NCBI RefSeq assembly: GCF_036321535.1
Contig: NC_087447.1
Span: 50,904,001 to 50,968,000, forward strand
DNA: 64,000 nucleotides
Origin: Camelus dromedarius
Taxonomy: Eukaryota
Reading direction: 5' to 3'
A program made the translations under genes and the position numbers. The notes beneath the pieces were generated by a model. It did not search any database, was not told where the DNA came from, and saw nothing but the letters and a program-made list of their open reading frames with translations. Below, one piece after another: positions 27,301 to 39,300 of this stretch. Each line of letters opens with the position of its first letter. Within the stretch, counting starts at the first letter, position 1.

Positions 27301-30300
27301 ACAGCTCTACTAGGCAGGTACCAACCTGCACTAAACTGAGGCTCGTAATCCCCTCTGGGAGCCTTACTGACCGATGCCTTGGCCTGCTCCCGGGTGCCCA
27401 CCAGGTGAGCTGTACAGTCACCAAGAATCAGTTGTTCTTGCTCCCCAAATGGCCTGGAACAGTTGTACCTGTTGTTATAATTGTGCAGTGCAACTAAGTG
27501 CTACTTAAGTCTCTAAATTCTGAGTAGAAAACATCTGGCATTTTCAAGGAAACGAAGTCAATGCCTTGACAAACTTGATGAGGTCAGAATAGGTCATTAA
27601 AAAATAAACTGCAGTTGCATTAGGTGCAAGGGAAACACTGAGATACTGGGATTGGTGAGTTGTAAAAATCTGGGTGGATTCTTCATTCTTCTAATGACTA
27701 TAACTTCTTCCTGTGCTTTAAGGAAACAAAACTTAGAAACAGACAGAGAATACAGACTTGTGGTTACCGGGGGGTGGAGGGTGGGAAGGGATAGCCTGGG
27801 ATTTCAAAATTGTAGAATAGATAAACAAGATTACACTGTATAGCACAGGGAAATATACACAAAATGTTATGATAACTCACAGAGAAAAAAATGTGACAAT
27901 GAGTGTGTATATGTCCATGAATGACTGAAAAATTGTGCTGAACACTGGAATTTGACACATTGTAAAATGATTATAAATCAATAAAAAATGTTAAAAAAAA
28001 AAACTTAGAAACCATAGATGATTCATTTGGAAGTATACAGAAGTAAGAGAATACACAATTCAATCATTTGAAATACCTTCCAAGGAAAGACTTTGAGTGT
28101 ATATCAAAAGGTAAATGAATATTTTAAATTAAAATGTGTGAGGTATGTGTGTGGTAGATTGTTTACAAAAATGACCACAATACTCCTCCCAAATTGCAGG
28201 CCTATACGTAATGTGATTTTGCTGTTCATCTTCATCAAGAGGTAAATCTGTTTCTCCACTGCGATACCTTGAATCTGGACTTGACCGTAATATTTTCTTT
28301 GGCGAGTGGAACATTAGCAAACATCACAATGGGAGATCCTTGAAAAGGCATGTGCACTGGGGCTTGACCTCTCTTGCTGTGGGGAACCCAATGCCACCAG
28401 GGGAACATGCTCATGCTGGCCTCCTAGGGGATGAATGACCATGAAGAGAAACCACAATCATCCCAGGTAAGACCCTAGACATAAGAATGAGGCCATCCTA
28501 GACCACTTAGTCCAGCCAAGCTGGCTCGGATTAGAGAAACTACTCAGCCATCATACACAAAATGACAAAGAAATATTTGTTAGTTTTAAGACTAAATATT
28601 AGGTAGTTTTTTTTTTCAACTACTGAAATGCTAATAGACTGCATATCATTTATTTCATGATTCTTCTTTTAACTTTTCCAATTAAGAGACCACTAAGCAG
28701 ACCTAATGGTGCTGGGTAAAAATGCTTCTATTGTACTATTTTTATCCCCAATTTACAAATTAACAAACTGAGGCCCAGACAAGTTAACTAACATCTCCAA
28801 GTTCACACGATAAGTGGTAGAGCCAAGATTTAAATTTGCGTATTCTACCTCAGACCGTGGGCTGCCTAGAAAAGCCCTTAAGACAGTGGCCTCACCTCCC
28901 TGAACAGTGACGCTAGGTCCTTTAAAAAAGCCCAGGCCAGGTATTGAAGGAAATCTTTTACCTACTCCTTTTATACTCTTTGAATTTTCAATCACCTGAA
29001 TTTATTATCAATTCAAATGTTTTCAATTCAAGTATTAAAATGAAAAGTTTTACTTAATCAAGTTTAATATACCCAAAGGGAAGATTATGAGACATTACTG
29101 ATTTAGGGGGATAGGATTATGGAGGGGTGTCTTGCATTATAATTTATACGTTTTGGTAATAACTGAATTTTATATAATGAACAAGTTTACTTTGCAAACA
29201 ATTTTAAAAACCAAAAAAACTTAGCGATGTATACAGTATACACATGAAAGGGGACAGTATGGGGACAGACAAATGGAGAGGCTTCACCTATACCAAGAGA
29301 CCTACCATCCAAGGTTTCCTTGAGAGTCAACTGCAGAAAGCTGCCCAAGCCACCAAGAAAGGAGGGGTAAGCAATTTTACACTGCCACCAGAGGGCCTCA
29401 AGGTAGTACTGGCCCTAAGATATTGTGCCCTTGGCCCTCATCCCCCTTTTTCCTGCTCCTGACCCTGATCAAGTCAGAAACAAGGGCTAGAGAGGCTGGA
29501 GGTACAGAGAAGGCAACCTGAAAAGTTTAGGTTCTCGTTTAGGTTTGTCTGCCTAAAGCTTTAATTTTTAAGGCAGTTTAGAGTTTGGGTTATTAGTTTG
29601 GACTAGACACTTAGATGCTGAATTGAGGTGACTAAACTATACTTTAAAAAATTATCTAAGAGTGACTAGAAAAGTTATGGGATCTGAGTGACATTTCATT
29701 CAGGGGCAGGGAAAGACCCAGGTCAGAGAGCAGTTTAAAGAGTCGGTGGAGAGAAATTAAGCTGTTTTCTGTTGTAGGCTACTGTGTGCCTCTCAGTCCA
29801 CCTACTCCACACTGGTAAGACAGGCTGTGTAGCAGTTAACTGGTTAGCTGGGGCTCTCTTCACAGATAATAAGTGATGGGATTTAGCGGGGACTGTAACC
29901 CAGGTCTTCAGGTCCCCAAGCCTCCGGCCAGAAGCAGTTGCAGGACAGAAGGGGAAATCAAGCCTGGGGGCTGGACTCTCTCTCCTTTTCAAAAGCATTT
30001 TGCTCAGGACACACAGTTTTCACTTTGGATTCAAGTATACTTGGTTTTCTCCCCACACCTGGTGCCTCTGTCATTGCTGCCATGCCTCCAGGAAGGTGGG
30101 ACCACAGGAACAGAACTCTGGAGTCAGACCTCAGTCTGAATCTTGTGATGATGTGTGAGGATCTTTATAGCTTCAAGCTCAGATTCCACATTGAGATAAT
30201 AATAGTGACTAACTCAGAGGGTTAAATTACATAATGTATGAAAGGCACACTGTGAGGATTCAATAAACAGCAAGTATTATACCAGTATTAATTTCTCCCT

Positions 30301-33300
30301 GAAATCACAGATTCTGTGTGCCACATCTCTAATATCACATAAGTTTCTGCTCTTAAGTAGCTCCCTTGGGAGAGAAATGTCCTATTGCACCAGACTTGGA
30401 AGAACAATTTGAACAACCAGCTCACCATGAAGAAGTAAGGGTGATTTATCTGATTCAGGACCTGAATGTTGTCTGTGGTCACTGACTGAATCCTGGAGCA
30501 CCAGGCCAGTGAGAAGAGCCAAGGTTCGTTAACGATGTATATGTTGATGTTGATGTTCGCTGCTTTATATTCTCTGGGAAGAAAAAGAACCCATAGAGGG
30601 GTTAGACTTAATCTCATATTCATCATCTAAAAGGGAAACAGCCACCATATTTGTGAAAGGCTGTTGCTTCAATCACCAGAAGCTAGTATTATTATAACTT
30701 TGGCTTATCACTTCATGTTTTCTACATAATTTAAGAAACTATTTGCATTTAAAAGAATTATTAGTTTATATTTTGGGGAAAATATTGCATAAATATGTAA
30801 TGTTCTGACATCAACAACCAAAAGGGAAAGGAATGAAGCTGTCTAGGAGCAGAGTTATTGCATATTATTGAATTTAAGCTGGTATAAATTCAATCACAGT
30901 GTCATAACTTTTGAATGGTAAATGTAACTCCTATGGTAATCACAAAGAAATCAGATATAGAATATATACAAAAAGAAATGAGAAAAGGATTTAAATGTTT
31001 CACTATAAGAAACAACTAAACACAAAAGAAGATGAATGAAATAAGGGACGAAAAAGCTGTAAATATAGAAATAACAAAGTAAAATAACAGATGTGAGAGA
31101 CAAAATAACAAATATTTACCAAGTAACAACATGACAATAATCCCCCCTTATTACTAATTATTTTCAGTGTAAATAGATTAAACTCTCCAATCAAAAGCCA
31201 GAGACTGGCAGAATGGATAAAAACAGATAACTCAACTTTATGCTGTTTATGAGAGACTCATTTTAAATCCAAATTTAACACACAGATTGGAAGTGAAAGG
31301 ATAGAAAAGTTATTCCACACAAATAGTAACCAAAAAGAGAAGGGGTGGCTATACTAATATCAAACAAAATAGGCATTACATAAATCTTTAAAAATTTACA
31401 AGTGACAAAGGAGATTATGTATTAATAAAAGTTTCAATATAGCAAGAAGATACGATAATTATAAACATGTGCCTAAAGACAGACCAGGAAAATTTACAAA
31501 TACTGACAGAACTGAAGCTGTAAAATAATAGTTGGAGATTTTAATATCCTACTCAACAATGAAGAGAACAACTGGAAGATAAGTAGGGAAATGGGACTTA
31601 ATCAGCACAAGAAACTAACTGTATCTAACACATACAGAGAACACTCAGCCCAACAGTATGCACGTTTTTCTCAAGTGTACATATGACAATTCCCAGGATA
31701 GACTATATGTTAGGCCACAAATTAAGTCTCAATAGATTTAAAAAGATAGATATCATACAAAGTATTCTATCCAACCACAACAAGATAAAGTTTTAGAAGT
31801 CAATAATAGAAGGAAAACTGGAAAATTCACATATATGTGGAACTTAAACAACATACTTTCAAGCAACCAATGGATCAAAAAATAAATCACAAGGGAAATG
31901 ATAAAATACCTCTATGTGAATGAAAACAAAAACACCAAAACTCACGGGATGCAACAAAAGTGCTAGGGGGAAATGCACAGCTATATATTTAAAAATCAAG
32001 AGAGACCTCAAAACAACAACTTAATGAACTAGAAGAAGAAGAACAAACTGACCCAACATAGCAAAAGGAAGAAAATAAAACAGATTAGAGCAGACATAAA
32101 CAAGAACAGAAAACCAGAGAAAAATCAAAGAAACCAAAAGTTAGTTATCTGAAAATATCAATAAAATTGGTAAGCTTTTAGCTAGATGTACTAATTTAAA
32201 AAAGAAAAAAGACTCAAATTTCTTTCTGTTTTTTTTGGTCAAATTTCTGAAATGAGAAATGAAAGTGGGCACATTATTACCAATTTAACAGAAATAAAAG
32301 GATTATAAGGAAGAACTATGAGCAACTGTATCCCAAAAAATTGGATAACCTGATGAAATGGACAAATTCCTAGAAACAAGAAACCTACCAAGACTAAATC
32401 AAAAAGAATTAGAAAATGTGAATAGACCTATAATGAACAGGAAGACTGAATCATTAACAAAACTCTTCAAAAAAAAAAAAAGAGAATTCCTGGACCCAAT
32501 AACTTTACTGGTGAATTTCATCAAATATTCCTAGAAGAACTAATACCAATCCATTAGGATGGCTATATCAAAAAACCAGAAATCAATAAGGATGTGTTAA
32601 CACGGAGAAATTGGAACATTTGTGGCCTGTTTTTACAGCTGCTGTGGAAAACAATATGGTGGTTCCTCAAAAAATTAAAAATGGAATTACCACATAATCC
32701 ATCAAATGCACTTCCTAGTATGTACCCAAAAGAATTGAAATGAGGATGTTGAAGAGATATTTGTATACCATGTTCATGGCAGAACTATTCACAATAAAAT
32801 GTGGAAGCAACACAGGGGTCCATCGTCCAATGAATGGATAAGCAAATTGTGGTACATACATACATAGAGTGGGTTTTTATTCAGCCTTAAAAAAGAATGA
32901 AATTCTGCAATGGATGGATTCAACATAGATGAACCTTGAGGACTTCATCACAAGTGTAATAAGTCAGTTGCAAAAGGACAAATACCATATGATTCCACTT
33001 ACATGAATCAAAATCACAAAGATAGAAAGTAGAATGATGGTTGCCAGAGTCTGGGGGAAGAGAACTAATGGTGGTCCACTGTTTAACGAGGATAGAATTT
33101 GAGTTTACATGATGGAAAAAGTCAGGTAGATGGACAGTAGCAATTGCTGCATGATGTAATGAATGTATATTAAAACCACAAAGTTGTATACATAAAAATT
33201 ATTGCAAAAGTAAATTTTATGTGTATTTTAACATAATTAAAACATTTTTAAAGAGAGGGAAATCTGAATAAAATACAAACTCTTGGTTAAACAATTATGT

Positions 33301-36300
33301 TCAGACATGTAGACCAATGGAATAGAATAGAGAGCCCAGAAATGAACCCACAAACTTTTGGTCAAACAGTAATTATAAGAAAGCCAATGTAGCAATCTTA
33401 ATAAAAGTAATCTTTAGATGAGAATTATAACCAGACACAATGGCTATTTCATAATGAAAGGGTAGATTTATCAAGAAGACCTAACAATTCTAAAAGCAAA
33501 TGCACCTAACAAAAGTGTTTAAAATACAAGAAGCCAAACAACCACAACAATAACAACAATAAACAGAGCTAAAGGGAGAAATACGCAATCATAGTTGGAG
33601 ATAATAAAACCCCCTTCTCCATAAATGACAGATGAGGCATAAGCCCTTAATTTGTCTTTGACTTGGGAGGTTGCTCCCAGAAAAAAATAAGGCAGAAGAC
33701 CTGGTCTAATCTCATTTTCAACATGATGGCTGTATCTTTGCTAAAAAGAATAATATGTATTAGGAAGAAAGGCCTTATATATAGAACGTGTTCTAAAAGG
33801 ATGTTCCTAGTTGAGTATTTCTTTATTACATATTTTGTAAATAAATATAAAATGTGGATTTATAAGGTATGGGTCCCTGGAGAAGCTCACATAAGCTACA
33901 CAATTCCCTGGGAGTATTAAATAGAGATGTTTATAATTCAAATGCAAATAACCCTGCAAAAACTCACTTGTAGGCCTTATCTCCTACTGTGGGCCATAGA
34001 GTATGTGTCCAATAAAGGAAACCACATGCAAAGCTGAAATCCATGTCTCTGACCTCTCCTTGCTTTGTCTGATCCTCTTGACTGCCTGCTGTATTTTTAA
34101 AATTAACAATAAAGCTTCACAGTAGTAAGTTTTCTGATGTGTGTGAGTGACTTGCAACGTAATGCTATGTGTTCATTCAGTAGAAAAAGTAGAGAAAAAT
34201 TAAGTATAAAAAGTTTAAAAAGACTGTCAACCAATCTAAATTAACTGATATTTATAGAATACCACACCCAACAAGTGAAGAGAGCATATCATTTTTAGGT
34301 GGACAGGGGAAGTTCACCAAGATAAATGATGTAGTGGGTCATAAGACAAGTTTAAATACATTTAAAGTATTGAAATCATACAGAATTGTTCTCTGGTTAC
34401 AATGAATTTGAAACAGAAGTCAGTAACATGAAGGACAGATGGAAAGTCCTCATAATTTAAAAAAGTTAGCAACACACTTCTAAGTAATTCAAGAGTCAAA
34501 TGGGAAATAAGAAAAACTTAAATATTTTGAACTGGATAACAAGACAATATATCCAAATTATTTATGGAATGCAATTAAAGTAATGCTTGAAGAGAAATTT
34601 ATTGCTTTAAATGTTCATGTTAGAAAAGAAGACCTAGAATCAATCACCTAATTTTCTACCTAAAGAACCTAGTAAGAGACTGCTAAGAAGATGGCAGAGC
34701 AGAAGGACGCTCGTAGCTCACCCTCTCCCACAAATGCACCAAGACTCACATCCACAGACCCACTCAGCCAACCAGAGCACCTGCGGAACTCCGAAAGAAC
34801 ATCACCTTCTTCAAAAGATAAAGACGCCAAAAATCTGATAGGAGAAAAGGGAAAAAGAAAGAACAAAAGGCAAAGCAGAGCAGGACGGGTCCTGCGGGGA
34901 GGGAGCGGCAAAGGAGGACTGGCACTGGTTCGCTGGGTCTCCCCCTCTCCAACTGAGAGGCCAGCGGGACGGAGGGGGAGCCTCCCAGGCTCGGATCTGT
35001 ATAGAGCAGCCCTTGACCGACAGAACTAAAACGGGCACAGAGGGTCCCCGCGACACCCAGCCTGAGACGCGGGCAGGCAGCTGTGGGCAGGGCCAGGCTG
35101 CCCAGGCAGGGCGTAGGAGGGGGGCGGCTGCACGGAGGCAGCCCCAGGGGACTGCAGGGGGCTGCGCACCGTGGCTGTGGGTGTACAGGGCAGAACAACC
35201 TGGGCCCTCCATAAAACAACATGTGCCCTGGGGGGAAGGGTGCATACCCCCATCTCTGAAAACCCACGGAAGGTTTTCTGGGGGAAGGGAGGCGGGGCTT
35301 AGGCACAGCCGCCATATCCTCCGGCGCTTAGCACCCAGGTGGGGGTGGGGCGAAACCTGCATCCGCACCGAAGGGCTTAGCAGCCTCAAAGGCCAGACGG
35401 AGACTTGTCTACAGCCCGACGCAGATAGGATCCTTCCACCCTGGTCCCTCAGAGAACTTGCTTCACCAAGACAAACAAGGAGCTGGGTTTTGGCCAGGAG
35501 CAGGGGCAAGGCTATCCCTCGTTCTTCCCCAAACCCACCTGCGGAGCGCCTACCCCAGGCGGAGCGCGCAGCTGCACAGAGCAGCGGAGCTACCAGCGGC
35601 GCGGGAGAGGGAGGGCGGACCCCAGCCTTTCCGGCAGGAACACAGCCCCTGACCGCAGTGCTGGGAGGGGGCGCGACCCGCCCTCCTACCTGGCCAGTCT
35701 GCAACATCTGACTGTGGCATCGGGAGGGACAGTGACCCAGCCGCCCACAGCAAAGGAGAGCTGCACCTGACCCAGTGTTGGGAGGAGGCACGATCTGCTT
35801 GCCGACAGACACTGGGAGCAGCACAGAAGAGGGCGCCAACGGAGGGCCTCTGGAAACAGCAAGCTGAGCTTCCAAAACAGGACGAAGACAGAAAGACTTC
35901 ACATTAAAAGCACACAGACTCCAGGAGAACACCGACACTGGGCCCCCGCCCCCCTTTTTAAATCTGTTTTTACCTGTTCTATTTTCTATTACCCTCTTAA
36001 TTTTTACTTCTTAATTCATTTCTATTTCTCTTGGGTTTTGATGTCCTGTTATTGATTAGACACAGGTTTCAAATACATCTATTCATCTCCCCCCCCCCCT
36101 TTTTGTTTTAAAGGTTTTAAAAGGACGTCTCAGCCTGATTGATTTTCTGCTTCACCTTGCTCTTCTATTATTCATTATACACTGTTTTCAAACCTTTTTT
36201 CTCCCTTCTTTCAAAATTCTTTCTCTCTCGCTCTTATTTTTTCTTTTTTTCCTAAGTCTTATTCCTAAATAGGCATTAGATAGATAAACTCCTTAAGGAC

Positions 36301-39300
36301 CAAAATAGATAACTGATACTCCATAAACCACAGTGCCAGAGAGGTATGAGCAAGATGAAGCAGAGAAACCATTCCCAATTAAAAGAACAAGAGAAATCCC
36401 CTGAAAGAAAGATCAATGAAATACATATCAATAGCCTACTAGATCAAGATTTCAAAAAAGGAGTGATCAAAGTGCTGAAGGAATTAAAAGAGATAGTGTT
36501 TAGAGATATAAAATATGTCAAAAATGAAACTGAAGCTATAAAGAAGAGCCAAGTAGAATGGGTAAACTCATTGACTGAGATGAGGAATGATCTAATAGCT
36601 GTGCAAAGCCGACTAGATAATGCAGAGGAACGAATTAGTGACCTAGAAGACAGGACAATAGAAAGCACCCAATCAGAGGAGCTACAAGAGAAACAAATAA
36701 AAAATAATGAAAATAGCATAAGGGAACTATGGGATAATATAAAGCATCCCAATCTTCGCATAATAGGGGTCCCAGAAGGGGAAGAAAGATCAAAGGGGAT
36801 TGAAAAGGTTTTTGAAGAAATCATGACTGAAAACTTCCCAAACTTAAAGAAGGAATCAGATATCCAAGGACAGGAAGCTCAGAGGGTCCCAAACAGGAAG
36901 AACCCAAATAGACCCACACCAAGACATATCATAATCAAGACGGCCTGAGTCAAGGATAAAGAAATGATTCTAAAGGCAGCAAGAGAAAAGCAAAGAGTAA
37001 GTTACAAGGGAACCCCCATAAGGCTCTCAGCTGATTTCTCTACACAAACACTACAGGCCAGAAGGGAGTGGCAAGATATATTCGAAGTCCTGAAAGAAAA
37101 AAAAGATGCAGCCTAGGATACTTTATCCAGCAAGGCTATCCTTTAGGATAGAAGGAGAAATAAAGAATTTCACAGACAAGAAAAAGCTTCAGGAGTTTAG
37201 CAACACTAAACCCATGCTAAAAGAAATATTGAAAGGGCTATTCTAAATAGAAAAGCAGCAGGATGCTACAGAAATGAGAAACTCACAACTGGAAAGGTGG
37301 TAACTCATGAGTTACAAATGAAATAAACACGAAATTATAAAAGAAGACACACAAATCACTGAGAGTGGGAGAGGGAGGCAGGGAAATATAGAATATATTA
37401 TTTTCTTTCTTTTTTAAATTTTTTTAATGGTAGGATGGGTTTGAGATCATGTTACTATCAGTTTAATAAAAACAGTTATAGTAATGGGCTAATAGATTTA
37501 CGAAAAAGGGTAACCACAAGCCAAAAACTTACAAGGGAGTCACAAAAATTAAATAAAATCCATGATAATACAAAGGAAAATTACCAAACCACAAAAGGAA
37601 GAAGAAAGGAACAAAGAGGATATACCAATTCAACTGCAAAGATAAGTTCAAAATGGCAATAAACACACATCTATCATTAATTACTGTAAAGGTTAATGGA
37701 CTAAATGCCCCAGTCAAAAGACACAGAGTGGCAGACTGGATAATAAAGCAAGAACCTTCAATATGCTGCATACAAAAGACCCACTTTAAGGAGAAGGACA
37801 CATACAGATTGAGAGTGAAAGGATGGAAAAGGATATTCCATGCAAATGGAAAAGCCAAAAAAGCAGGTGTTGCAGTACTGATTTCAGACAAAATAGACTT
37901 TAAAACAGAGGCCATAAAGAAAGATAAAGAAGGACATTTTATAATGATTAAAGGAGTGATACAAGATAAGGATATTACACTCGTTAATATATACGCACCC
38001 AATATAGGAGGACCTAAGTAATTACTAACAGAGATAAAGAGGGATACTGATGGGAATACAATCATAGTTGGAGATTTTAACACTGCATTAACATCACTAG
38101 ACAGATCTTCCAGACAGAAAATAAACAAGGCAACAAAGAAATTAAATAATACAATAGAAAAACTAGATTTGATGGATATTTTCAGAGCATTACACCCCCC
38201 AAAAATAGGATATACATTCTTTTCAAGTGCACATGGAACATTTTCCAGGATCGATCATGTACTTGGGCACAAAAGAAACCTCAACAATTTTAAGAAGATA
38301 GAAATTATCTCAAGCATCTTTACTGACCACAATGCCATGAAACTGGAAATCAACAACAGAGAAACAAAGGAGAAAAAAAGGAAAGCATGGAGATTAAACA
38401 ATACGTTATTGAAAAAACAATGGATCAATGAGGAAATCAAAGCTGAAATTAAAAAATACCTTGAGACAAATGACAATGAAAGCACAACCACTCAAAATCT
38501 ATGGGACACAGCAAAGGCAGTGCTAAGAGGGAAGTTTATAGTGATACAGGCCTTCCTCTAAAAAGAAGAACAATCTCAAATAAACAATTTAACCCACCAC
38601 CTGAATGAATTAGAAAAAGAAGAAGAAAAAGCCCCAAAAGGCAGCAGAAGGAAGAAAATAATAAAGATCAGGGAGGAAATAAATACAATAGAGATCAACA
38701 AGACCATAGAAAAAAATCAACCAAACCAAAAGCTGGTTTTTTGAAAAAGTAAATAAAATCGACAAACCTCTGGCAAAAGTCACAAAGAAGAAAAAAGAGA
38801 CAGCAGAAATTACCAAAATAAGAAAGGAAAATGGAGAAATTACAACAAATAAAATAGAAATATAGTATATCATACGAGAATATTATGAAAAACTATATGG
38901 AACCAAACTGGATAACCTAGAGGAGATGGACAAGTTTCTGGAAACATACTGTCCACCAAAACTGAATCAAGAAGAAACTGACCACTTGAACAATCCGATC
39001 ACTAGAAAGGAAATAGAAATAGCAATTAAAAACCTCCCTACAAATAAAAGTCCAGGACCGGACGGCTTCACCAGGGAATTCTACCAAACATACAAAGAAG
39101 AACTCATACCAGTCCTTCTCAAAGTCTTCCAGACGATTGAAAAGGAGGGAATACTCCCAAACTCATTCTATGAAGCCATCATCAACCTGATACAAAAACC
39201 AGGCAAAGACACTACAAAAAAAGAGAATTATAAGCCAATATCACTGATGAACATAGACGCCAAAATCCTCACCAAAATATTAGCAAACAGAATCCAACAA

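Noticed and set aside
33640..34160. Block with two AATAAA motifs that might be a retrocopy 3' UTR
   Set aside because: No coding remnant or poly-A tail; more likely an old LTR interrupting an L1, family not identifiable
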